The position numbers and the translations under genes are program-made. This document shows positions 13,378 to 24,778 of a stretch of DNA of 64,000 bases, piece after piece. The stretch comes from Candidatus Marinacidobacterales bacterium (GTDB taxonomy: Bacteria > Acidobacteriota > Vicinamibacteria > Marinacidobacterales > SMYC01). Location: the NCBI GenBank assembly GCA_965237955.1, contig OZ250169.1, positions 64,001-128,000 of the forward strand, given 5' to 3'. The first letter of the stretch is position 1, and the number at the start of each line of letters is the position of its first letter. Under the pieces are notes generated by a model that saw only the letters and a program-made list of their open reading frames with translations, had not been told where the DNA came from and did no database searches.

Positions 13378-15236
13378 GCGAGCGAGGGACCACAGCGTCG
13401 ATGCGATAAAAACGGGTGAAACCGCCAAACCCGGGGTACCAGACGATGCGGCGCCAAAACGACGCGCGAGAATGCCTCAGGAAGCGTCTTCTCGAGCCAG
13501 GCCATACCCCAGCAACCCCCCGAAACCAGCCCCACATCGCCCGGGGTTCGGCCGCGGCAGGTCGCTGCCTACGGGAGCGGGAAGGTCGCTTCGCGTCTTT
13601 CCTTACGCCCGCTCCCTCCGGCACCGACCTGCCGCCCCTTGCTACACAACACGCAGGTAAGATAGGTTCACGTTTTCAATCAGTGGGAAGGAGGTCACCC
13701 AACACTTCATCGCTTCGATGAGCGTTCGGCTTCACCGGATTCGCTGTTCAGCTTGCTCTGGATTCGGCGTTCACGATGGCTGGAATACGCACGTGACGAC
13801 GTCGGTGGGAACTCGCGAGCTCCGGGTGCCACGAGCCCGCGTGCGAGACGAGGAAACGGGAGAAACGACAGAGTTCAGGAGCGAGCTGTTGCCCCGGTAC
13901 GCGCGCCGGACTCGTGAGGTCGACGAGGCGATCTTGGGGACGTACTTCTCGGGCGCGAATAGCCGCCGGATCCGCAAAGCGCTGAAACCACTGCTCGGTG
14001 AGGAGCACCTATCGAAGAGCGCGGTGTCTCGCGTGGTTAGCCGGCTGAAGGAGCGCTTCGAGGAATGGCAGAACCGTGCTCTCAGCGAGGAGGTCTACGC
14101 GATCGTTTACCTGGACGGCTTCCACCTGAAAGTGCGGATGGCGAAACGTGTGATCAGCGTACCCGTACTGGTCGCGCTCGGGGTCGCGCCAGACGGGCAG
14201 AAACGTCTGTTGTCATTGCGTCTGGCGGTGAGCGAAGCCTCGACGCATTGGGGCTCCGTGCTGGAGGGACTCCAGGCTCGAGGACTCCGGGCTCCCAAGC
14301 TAGTGATCAGCGACGGCCACAAGGGGCTGACGAAAGCGCTGGAGAAGTGGCCGGGGTGCCGGTTGCAGCGATGTACCGAGCACAAGCGCGCCAACTTGCT
14401 CGAACATTGCCCGGCGCACGCACGCCGTGAGCTCCGGCGTGACTACAACCGGATCGTTCTACGCCAAGAACGGGATCGATGCTCGCAAAGCCTATGACGA
14501 GCTCGTCGCCAAGTGGACGCCTCTCGCGCCAGCCGTCGTCCGAAGCCTAGAGGAGGCCGGTAATCAGCTGCTGACCTTCTACGAATTCCCTCGTGCCATG
14601 TGGAAATCGATTCGAACGACCAATGCTCTGGAGAATCTCAACCGCGAGTTTCGACGCCGGACGAAAACCCAAGCGTCGTTCTCCAGCGAGGAGTCCGCGG
14701 TCGCTTTGCTGTTTGGGCTTATCGCCTCTGGCCAGATTCAACTACGACGCATCGACGGCTACCAACGTCTGAGCGAGGTTCTCGAACACACGGAGGTTGC
14801 CGCCTGATATGATACTCTGATGACGGAGTGGAGGGCGCCGTTCTTTTTCCACGGACCTCGGGACACATCCCCGGCCGGCATCACGCTCGAGTCCGATCGC
14901 TCGAGCATTAACGCGGACGGAGAAGATGTTTCCCTCGTAAGGGTCTCGATCCTCGACGCGCAGGGTCGGCTGGACCGACCGCCGGGAACGAGGTGCAATT
15001 CACGGTGGAGGGCCCCGGGGAGATCATCGGCGTGGGCAACGGCAACCCGTCGAGCCACGAGCCGGACAAGGCGGACAAGCGAAGCGCGTTCAACGGCCTG
15101 GCCATGGTCATCATCCAGGCGGCGAAGAAGCCGGGCGTGATCAAGCTGACCGCGGAGTCTCCGCGCCTGGAGAAGGCCGTCGTTGAGATAACGGTGGTAA
15201 GGGCCGCGATGCGACCGAGAGTACAGTGAATAAAAG

Positions 15237-15267
15237 AACCGGGGCGCCACTAGTGGCGCCCCGGTTT
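15237..15267 (-). terminator. Intrinsic terminator of TonB receptor copy T1
   Basis: Perfect GC stem AACCGGGGCGCCAC/GTGGCGCCCCGGTT followed by a T-rich tail on the minus strand. Homologues follow every receptor copy. Confidence 0.8.
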
Positions 15268-15320
15268 GTGTCGTCCTTCGAGACCTAGAGGTTTACGTCT
15301 TCTTTACCTCCCAACCCTTG

Positions 15321-18276
15321 TTAAAACTGGAAGCGCAGTCCGATTCTCAGGATACGGGGTGTTTCGATCGACGAGACCTGCAGGAATTGCGGTACGTCGA
15401 ATTTCAGTGACCTAAAGGACGTAACTCGGTTAGTGTTGGTTACATTAAACACGTCGAGGATGAGCCCGATCTTCATTCCGTCCCCGAACGGAAACTGCTT
15501 TTCCACTCGGAGGTCGAGGTTGTGTCTGAAGTCGAACCGGCGTAAACCCCTTGGCTCCCCAGCCACATCGATGTTGCTCTCCACCACGATTTCGGGAATA
15601 CCGACAGGAGCCGGCCTACAACCGCCGCCGCCGCCGCTATGGCCTTTGGTTGCGACGCGGGGGCGGCAGAGTGGGAAATGGCGCACCGTGTAGGCTCCCG
15701 GAGACAGGTCGGCCTGCAAAGGTTGGAAGATGTGGATGGGAATACCGGTCGAGCCCTGGTAGAAGCCGCTCACGAGAATATCGTAGGGCAACGTGTAGGT
15801 CCCCTGGAACTTGATCTGGGTGGGAGCGTCCTGGTCCAGCGGTCCTTCCGCATTGGTGAACGTATTGGGGTTGTCGTAGAGAAAGTTTACGAGGGTGGTG
15901 CCGACGAAGTTATTGCCGATGTTGCCGTTGGTGTCGCTGATGTCGAGCGCGGCCAGGAATTGCCAGCCGTCACGGAAGCGCTTGTGTGCGACAATCTCCA
16001 ATACGTTGTAGTTTCGGAAAAGTTCCCCCGCAAAGGTGGGGTTCGTCAAGTATATGACGGACTGGGACCCCAAGAATTCCGGTTTCAGGGCAAAGATGGT
16101 GAGGGGCGTGCCGTCGATTTGGTTGGACACGTTAATCGAGCGGTAATCATTAAACGGGTTTTGTTGGTCTCCTGTTGTCCGCCTTCTAACCGTATCAAAG
16201 AGGTTCTTCTCGCGCTTGATGATTCCTGCCACAGAGACGACGAAGTCCTTCGTCACCTCATGCTCGGCCTTGATCTGAAACGAATCTATCCAGGAATTTT
16301 CCACGTCGGGGTCGATGACGTCCGTTAAATCTCTAAAAGAGGGGTTCAAGACACGTCCGATAAGCCGTCCCTGCTCACCGTCCTGGAATACGAGGTCACC
16401 ATTCAGGTCGTTCCATTCGTACGTTTCGCCTCCTCCGATAGTGGGTACGGCGACGGAGAGGTCCTGGGTGACGAGCGTCTTGTAGTATCGCCCGTAACTG
16501 ACCTTATGGAAGTCCTTCGTTCCTCACCCAGGGCATACACCAGACCCACGCGCGGCGAGAGGTTGCTGAAGTTGATGAGGTCGTGGGTCTCCGGGAAGGT
16601 GGACACGGGGAACCAGCGGCCGCCACCCCGACTCTGCTCGGGAAGCCAGGCTTCCGAGCTCTCCCACCGGAGTCCCAGGTTCAGGGTGAGCCGATCTCCA
16701 ATTGTCATTGGTCTTGCGCAAACACTGCATAGGTGTCAACGTTCCGGGCTTGACTTGAAAGCGGCAGGTTCTCCAGGCGAACCCGGTAGGCCGCACCAAA
16801 GAGAAGTTGTTGCAGGACGTCTTCCCCACCGGGGAACTCAAACGACCGGTCGCTGTTAGGCCGGTCATTAAAGAAGCCTGCCTTGATCTCGTGTGAGCCA
16901 CCCGCCATCTCGCGGAAGTGCGAGAGATTAAGGTGAACTCCCCAACTACACCGGCACGGCACGCTCCTTACACCCTCGACGAGCCCCCCGAATTCCAGCT
17001 GTGTACCTTGGTCCCTATAGCCGACTGTGAAGTTAGGGTTGTTGGGATACGTATCAGTGCTCGACTTCCAGATCTGGTTGTACCGTGCCTCAAAAATGGT
17101 GTCTTCGTTCACTAGATGCGTCCATTTGAGGTGGAAGAGGTCCCCGCTATTGCGGAATTCGCTCCAGTTCTCCGGGGCGTCGACGTTATCAAAACCGCGA
17201 ACGTTTGCCGGATAAATAGTTCCGCGCTGGCGCGTGAGAGAGCCGCTCAGGATGCTGTTGCCCACCTGCCCGGTGACCTTGAAGAAGGCCTGTGTCGTAT
17301 CGCGAGTGTATGGCTGGGTGGGGACAACGGGTTGTTGCGTCTCAAAGTTCAGCCGACGGATACTGCCGAAGAACCAGATAGAATCTCGCTTGATCGGTCC
17401 CCCAAAAGTTCCGCCGTACTCCTGGTCCTTGATTACGCTTGCTCTTTCCTCGAGTTGCTCCTCTAGCTCGGGCGTGAGGTTGTCCGACTCCAAATCCTCG
17501 CCCTTGTAGTAATAGTTGACCGCGCCCGAGAACTCGTTCCCTCCTGACTTGGTCACGAAGTTGAAAACCCCACTCGTGGCCTGGCCAAACTCCGCGGGAA
17601 TACCCCCGGTCGTTATCTGGATTTCCTCTATCATGTCTATCGGGATACCGAACGCGAACACGCCGTTCGTGGTGTCCATGACACCCGCTCCGTCGACGGT
17701 GAAATAGTGCTCCCGGGGCCCGCCCCCGTGAACCGATATCCCCCCCATGGATTCGCGCTGGACGCCCGGCATCGACTTGATGAGAGAACTAGCATTGCGC
17801 CCCAGGGGGATGTTGTCGACGATATTTGTATCCATCGTGATCATCGTCTGCGAACTCTTGATGTCAACCAGTGGCGTTTCTCCGGTGACGGTAACGGTCT
17901 CCTCCACCCCGCCCGGCGACAGTGTCGCATTCACCTCGATGAGCTGCCCCGCAGACAGTTCCACTTGGTGAAAGGTCATCGTTCGAAATCCTGCCAACTC
18001 GATCACCACGGTGTAGTTTTTCGACGGCTTCAGCAACGGGACACGGTACGTACCCTGATCGGTCGTGGTTCGAACCTCGGTCGTGATGTTCTGTGGACTC
18101 GAGATCGTCACCGTCGCGCCCGGGACGGCAAGCCCCTGATCGTCCACGACCTTGCCGTAGATGGTTCCGTCCACCTGCTGCGCGAAGGCCGCCCCGCCGG
18201 CCAGCAATAGGGCCAGCGGCACTGCCATCAGGGCGCGCCATAACAGGCTCTCATGAGTCATTGCTTTGAATGTCAT
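15321..18276 (-). pseudogene. TonB-dependent receptor (Oar-like, carboxypeptidase-regulatory N-domain), copy T1, two frameshifts
   Basis: Paralog of 27039-30026 and 31074-34034 with single-base losses near 16705 and 16505. Contains VTKSGGN and a C-terminal Phe. Confidence 0.85.
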
Positions 18277-18612
18277 CCTGGTACCTCCACTGAATATCCC
18301 ACCCGAACATGGGTAAAAGACTACTTCCAAAGAATGTGTCTTTTGACTTCTGGAAAAGGTTGAGAACGGCTAACTTGCCGCCCATATCAGCACTTGGGTT
18401 TCTGATGCAGATCGCTAGCCCCCTCAGTCAACGGCTGAATCATATATTACATATTGCAAGTTGAATAGTTAGTACCGAAAGTCAATCCATAAGTAGCTGG
18501 AAATAAGTGGATTAGCCGACCCATTTGCGAAATTATCCCATGTTCACAAATTTGGTTTTCATCTCGCCGACCGACGAGTAAGTTCGGACCCTCTCGATCA
18601 GATAATCCTGTG

Positions 18613-18978
18613 TCATGCTGCATCTCCTGGTCCGGGCTGAAAGTCGTAGTTGCCCGCGGGAAGGCGAGGCTTGTTGCCGATGCCATGACGACGGCAGTAG
18701 CCTGTCAGCGCGGGATAGGACAAGTTAGCCCCCTGAGCCACGAGCTCCTCATGCACTCGGACCAGGTTGCCTTCGCAGCTCTTATATAGAGCCAGGATGT
18801 CCTTCCGGTAGGGCGCCGCTTTCTCGCAACGTTCGAGCAAGGGGGGCTGGGCCGTGCCCTGTTCGACAACCTTGCGGACCGCTCCCCGGGAGATCCTCAG
18901 CGCGCGAGCGATCTTGCGCGTGCCGTGTCCCGCTGAGTGGAGCCTCAGGATCGCGGTTCGGGTGCTTTCGTCAAGCAT
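18613..18978 (-). pseudogene. Truncated IS21-type IstA N-terminus
   Basis: MLDESTRTAILRLH..HTH..LSYPALTGYCRR..PG(QEMQHD), cut off at ~18611. Confidence 0.75.
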
Positions 18979-18992
18979 CGGTCCACTCCTTG

Positions 18993-19358
18993 TCACAACG
19001 CCGGGCCGGTCACAGGAAGGAAATTTTTTGCAGAACCGCTACAGTGATGACCCTCGCCCCCGGGCTCCGCCACCGCTTTGGCTCGCTCTTTCACTCGCTG
19101 CCGGTACCGACCGCTCTGCGCTTGACGCTTCCTACGGCCCTTAGCTTTCGAACGGTACCTTTGCTGAGCCTTCCACTCCGACCACCGGCGCGCTTGCTCC
19201 CGGCACGACTCGCCACAATATCGACTCCACCAATGTTTTGGCCGAAAGCGCTTCTCGCACCCCTTCAGCAGACACCGGCGACGCGGACGTCGCTGTCCAC
19301 GCTTTCCTCTCCCTGCTTGATTTCTTCTGGACTTTGAAGGATCTTCTGGTGGGCCCAC
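18993..19358 (-). CDS. Small basic Cys-cluster protein upstream of the istA fragment
   Basis: CLLKGC..YCGESC motif and Arg-rich. Probably an accessory ORF of the same element. Confidence 0.45.
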   Translation of the reverse strand: MGPPEDPSKSRRNQAGRGKRGQRRPRRRCLLKGCEKRFRPKHWWSRYCGESCREQARRWSEWKAQQRYRSKAKGRRKRQAQSGRYRQRVKERAKAVAEPGGEGHHCSGSAKNFLPVTGPAL

Positions 19359-19590
19359 GGGAGGTCGTGCTCCCTGAAGGTCAAGTCTCGGGGAGGACTC
19401 CTTTTCCTCCCCGCAGCGTTTTCTATTCTACATCTCTACTCGCGCCACCAAGCAAGCAACCAGCCCTCTCGTCTCCCCGGTACATTTTTGGCGAGCACGC
19501 GCGGGTCTTTCCTCGATAGTGCTGAAGCTTGACTCCGGCAACCGCTTCGACTGAGCTTCTCGATACATCGAATATCGAGGAGATGAACCC

Positions 19591-20585
19591 ATGGCCGCGC
19601 GCAAGTCCACCAGAGTGAACCGCAAATACAAGACGAAGGTGTGTCCAGCAAAGCTAAGTACGAGATGAGGGATAGGCCCCTCGTGTCCGGGGTGCAGGCC
19701 CTGGTCGCAAACCGCCTTGAGCGGCCCTGGTCAAGAGCCAGGGTCGTGAGCGTCAAGGAAAAGGCACGCCAGACGTGTCAGGTAGGAGTTGGAAAGACGA
19801 GCGCAAGCGAACCACTGGTGAAGCGTCGTAATTGTAAGTTGATGTCAAAACCGAGGGGTCTTCGTTGCCTTGGGATAAGCGTTGGGGGAACCTGTTTACT
19901 GCCAACGTGGCATCCGGCGTTAAGGGGGCGTGAGTCCGACTCAGGCTCGTATTTGGAACTGGAGAACCTGTCGCCTCGATGCCAAGGGAGAAGTCCAAGT
20001 GGAAGCCCCACGAGGACCAGAGTACCGATGCGAGGCACAGGGGCGGAATGGCCTGTAGTAGCAGGGAAGGCCGTGCAATGCGGCTAGAGCAAAGGGGCCA
20101 TGCCATCCACGTTCTAGTCACAGGGTCAACCGCCCAGGCGGGAGGAGCCCATGATTAAAACGAAACCATTGGTCGATGGGAGCGTTCCCTTGAATGGTCA
20201 GATGGTAGGAGCCGTGTGAATGGAGACATTCACGCACGGTTCTGGGAGAGCGCGGGGGTGAGATTCCCCCGCGCCACTCACCTATCGCGTGACCAACTGG
20301 CGGTAGTACGAGCGTGGCCTCAGGAGCCGTGGCGACATCACCGTTTGGTTCTCAGACGAGGCGCGCGAAGCGTTGACACTTGACACCACCGAAAACAGAT
20401 CGACTCTTCGATCCGACGTTTCACAGCCGATGGGGCCTACGATACTCGGTCGGTGTACGAGCTGCTCGGTGAGGTCGGCACCGCGAACATCAAGATCGTG
20501 TTCCCACCTCGACGAGGAGCGGTTCCTTCGGACGGCGCCGAGGGCACGTGGGCGCGGCGGAACGCGACTCTCGAGACGATTCGCA
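19591..20585 (+). pseudogene. IS5-family (IS903-like) transposase remnant containing a group II intron
   Basis: MAARKSTRVNRKYKTK|YRVTNWR*YERGLRSRGDITVWF.. and later ADGAYDT..PPR. Has a stop at 20304 and an internal deletion. Confidence 0.85.
19639..20282 (+). ncRNA. Group II intron, ORF-less (intron-encoded protein deleted), class D/RmInt1-like ends
   Basis: 5' GTGTG. A 34-nt domain V GAGCCGTGTGAATGGAGACATTCACGCACGGTTC at 20209-20242. Domain VI hairpin and 3' ACTCACC. Excision restores the transposase frame. Confidence 0.93.
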
Positions 20586-20754
20586 ATGAGAGTGCGAGGT
20601 TGTCCATGGTCGTCTCTCCGCCGTGCTTTTCGGCGGTCACGTGATTGACCTGATGGGTAGACGCGACAAAATCCTGGTGCACGAGACAGTATTCGCAGCA
20701 GCCCCGAGCTCGCTCAACCACCTGACGGCGAATCGCCGCCGACGGTCGGGTCAT
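20585..20754 (-). pseudogene. HNH endonuclease, truncated
   Basis: RRQVVERARGCCEYC..QVNHVTAEKHGGETTMDNLALS, then fused to IS5 sequence. Confidence 0.8.
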
Positions 20755-20999
20755 CCACCTTGTTTCTTGAGCGTCCTCGCCTTCAGAAGACGCACCAAGT
20801 GCTCGAAGTGCTCGAAGGCGTCCAACTCAGAAGACTCGTCTTCTGTCAGCACACCTTGTCGATTCTTTTCCAGGAGGGCGTCGAGGCGAGACTGTTTCTC
20901 CTTGGACATACGAAAGGACGACAACCGCACGGCGTCCGCACTGTCCGCCAGGAGGTCGACCAGTTCATCATAAACAGCCGATTCTTGAGTCGAACTCAT
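20751..20999 (-). CDS. Small helical protein translationally coupled to the HNH gene (antitoxin-like partner)
   Basis: 82 aa, QSRLDALLEKNRQGVLTEDESSELD. ATGA overlap with the HNH gene and a GGAGG RBS. Confidence 0.65.
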   Translation of the reverse strand: MSSTQESAVYDELVDLLADSADAVRLSSFRMSKEKQSRLDALLEKNRQGVLTEDESSELDAFEHFEHLVRLLKARTLKKQGG

Positions 21000-21160
21000 C
21001 TCCGCCTCCATCCGCGAAGCGTATGCACAAGTCAATTATACGTGATCCCGATCCCGTTCGCTTCTGGCGGGCTGCTTCAACCAGGGCGCATCATTATTAA
21101 TAGTAAGCTACATTATGTGGCTTGGTCGGAGCCTGCGGTAACGAGGGGCCCGCTTTGACC

Positions 21161-22475
<1,315 letters not shown>

Positions 22476-22701
22476 ACCAACCACGATTTGGCACAATGCT
22501 CGATTTCGTCACGCTTAGATGACAATGTGAACGGGGAGCTGTATTAACTCCGGCTGGAAAGGACAGACAAGATCCATGGAACAGATTGCGGCCCTGGAGG
22601 CGTGAGCTGCTGTTCTATGGAACCGGCTGCGGAGCTAAAACGCCCCGCCTCCAATTGTCTGCCACGTTTGACTCCAGACATCGGCCAAACAATAATCCGC
22701 C

Positions 22702-24768
22702 GTGCTCCTTTTCTTCCTCGCCGTGACCGTCGCTGCCTCACAGGCGACGGGCGATCCCTCCATGTACAGCATCGAGCTTTTGCCCACACCCGATATGCGC
22801 GGGGTGGGCGGCGTGGTCGAGCTCGGTTGGGTTCAGTCTCCTTTCGGTATGGCGGTGACCCGGGAGGGGCACCATGTTTACGACATCAGCGTGCGCATCG
22901 AGGGTCTCCCCGATCCGACGAGCCTTGGCGATTACATGACGTACGTCGCGTGGGCTACCACACCCCTGCTGACTCCAATGCTGAGACTGGGAGAGGTCGA
23001 AAACGGCTGGAACGAAGGGGTAGGGCAAGTCGCGTTCAACAAATTCACCATCATGATCTCGGCGGAGGTCTCTCCAGATGTCACCGATCGAAAGGGCCGC
23101 CTCGTCTTGAGAGGCATGTCTCCCAGCAGTCACATGATGCCGGATAGCCACTTGATGCTTCCGGCTAAACCTTTCAGCCAAGCGGCCCACCATGGTGGTG
23201 ACGGCTGGACCCATCCGCCCATGCATCCGATGGTGAGGATGATTCCAGGAATGGAAGGACTTCGTCCGCGCTCGGAACCCTATCTCCCTAGGGTCGACGA
23301 CCTCGACGCGGTGCCTGACGCGAGACCTCGGGAGCTCGTGGAGCTCGCGGACGGGCAAACGCTCGACCTCATCGCCGCTCCTGTGAGACGCAGCATCCTG
23401 GGGCACACCTACATCATGTATGGTTTCAACGGTCAGTATCCGGGGCCACTCATCCAGGTCAATCAGAAGTCCACGATATTCGTGAACTTCACCAACCTGA
23501 CCGAGCGCTCCACGACCGTGCATTGGCATGGCGTGCGTCTCGATAATCCGTTCGACGGTGTGCCCGGAGTGACGCAGGACCCGGTGGCGCCCGGGGAGAC
23601 GTTCCAGTATCGGATCTTCTTTCGAGATGCCGGAATCTACTGGTACCACCCACACCACCGGGAGGACATCCAGCAGGACCTCGGGCTTTACGGCAACATG
23701 CTGGTTCGACCTCCGAGCCCGACCTACTTCAATCCGGTCAACCGAGAAGAGATCCTCATGTTGGATGACCTTCTCGTCACCGAGGACGGTCTCTTTCCGT
23801 TTGGCGAGGAGAGGGCGACACACTCTCTGATGGGAAGGTTCGGGAATGTCTTCCTTATTAATGGAGAGCCAGAATATCAGTTGTCGGTGAAGCGGGGAGA
23901 GGTGGTGCGCTTCTTCTTGACCAACGTGTCCAATACCCGCACCTTCAACCTGTCTTTCGGTGACTTGACTATCAAGGTCGTCGGCTCGGATCTAAGCAAG
24001 TTCGAGCTGGAGACGTGGGCTGATTCGGTCGTGATCGCGCCTGCCGAACGTTACATCATTGAAGTCCGATTTCCAGACGCAGGAACACAGCTTCTGACGA
24101 ACCGTGTCCAAGGACTGAACCACATATTTGGCAACTTTTTCGCTGAAACCGAGGAACTGGGAAAAGTGCACGTCGCCACTGAGGAGGTGGCCACCGATCA
24201 CGGGACGAACTTTTCAACCCTTCGAGAGAACGCCGACGTCGCGGCGGACATTGCACGATACGAAGCGTATTTCGGGCGGGCGGTGGATCACGAGCTTGTC
24301 CTCACCCTGGAGCTCGAGAACCTTCCTCCCGCCGTGATGCAGCGGATGCGGGTCGACCGCGTTTACTTCAATCCGGTGGAGTGGGGCGGGACGATGCCGA
24401 TGATGAACTGGGTGAGCACGAGCTCAGAAGTGCGCTGGATTCTGCGTGATCCGAAGTCAAACCTCGAGAACATGGATATCGATTGGCGATTCAAAGTGGG
24501 GGACGTGGTCAAGATACGCCTGACCAACGATCGTGATGCGTTCCACGCCATGCAGCATCCCTTTCATGTCCATGGTCAGCGTTTTGTCGTTTTGTCCCAG
24601 AACGGCGTGCCCAACGAGAACCGGGTCTGGAAAGACACCGTGCTCTTGCCAGTCGGCACCACGATCGATATCCTTCTGGAGCTTTCGAATCCCGGGCGTT
24701 GGATGGCCCATTGTCATATCGCCGAACACTTGGAAGCGGGAATGAAGCTGGTTTTCACAGTAGATTGA
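22702..24768 (+). CDS. Multicopper oxidase with an extra N-terminal domain
   Basis: All four copper motifs: HWHG, WYHPH, HPFHVHG and HCHIAEHLEAGM. Signal peptide and a Met/His-rich linker. Confidence 0.93.
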   Translation: MLLFFLAVTVAASQATGDPSMYSIELLPTPDMRGVGGVVELGWVQSPFGMAVTREGHHVYDISVRIEGLPDPTSLGDYMTYVAWATTPLLTPMLRLGEVENGWNEGVGQVAFNKFTIMISAEVSPDVTDRKGRLVLRGMSPSSHMMPDSHLMLPAKPFSQAAHHGGDGWTHPPMHPMVRMIPGMEGLRPRSEPYLPRVDDLDAVPDARPRELVELADGQTLDLIAAPVRRSILGHTYIMYGFNGQYPGPLIQVNQKSTIFVNFTNLTERSTTVHWHGVRLDNPFDGVPGVTQDPVAPGETFQYRIFFRDAGIYWYHPHHREDIQQDLGLYGNMLVRPPSPTYFNPVNREEILMLDDLLVTEDGLFPFGEERATHSLMGRFGNVFLINGEPEYQLSVKRGEVVRFFLTNVSNTRTFNLSFGDLTIKVVGSDLSKFELETWADSVVIAPAERYIIEVRFPDAGTQLLTNRVQGLNHIFGNFFAETEELGKVHVATEEVATDHGTNFSTLRENADVAADIARYEAYFGRAVDHELVLTLELENLPPAVMQRMRVDRVYFNPVEWGGTMPMMNWVSTSSEVRWILRDPKSNLENMDIDWRFKVGDVVKIRLTNDRDAFHAMQHPFHVHGQRFVVLSQNGVPNENRVWKDTVLLPVGTTIDILLELSNPGRWMAHCHIAEHLEAGMKLVFTVD

Positions 24769-24778
24769 GGAGGAGTTC

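Larger units (their letters stand above)
10849..13791 (+). mobile_element. IS21-family element, copy 1
   Basis: Ends TGCGTATTCC/GGAATACGCA with a 6-bp duplication CGTGAC. Multiple GTGAAC subterminal repeats and istA/istB genes. Confidence 0.95.
10554..14870 (+). mobile_element. IS256-family element interrupted by IS21
   Basis: Ends GGATCCGTCCCG..CGTGGAAA / GGATGTGTCCCG..CGTGGAAA with an 8-bp duplication CCGGCCGG. Mutator-type transposase 10649-14807 (YRNG, LDG, ISDG, QRC, RTTN.LE.LNREFRRR), frameshifted near 14458. Confidence 0.92.
6858..15229 (+). pseudogene. GH2 beta-galactosidase-like lipoprotein, disrupted by IS3 and IS256(+IS21), an internal deletion and frameshifts
   Basis: Removing IS 6910-8169 joins MRKMSLKAFFILFPSMG|LISIFLTASAC..KLLMDEGW in frame. 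GH2 motifs are FDGVY, GGIYR, MGANAYRAAHNP, RDRNHPSI and GGFVW. The C-terminal GVGNGNP domain follows 14871. Confidence 0.9.
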
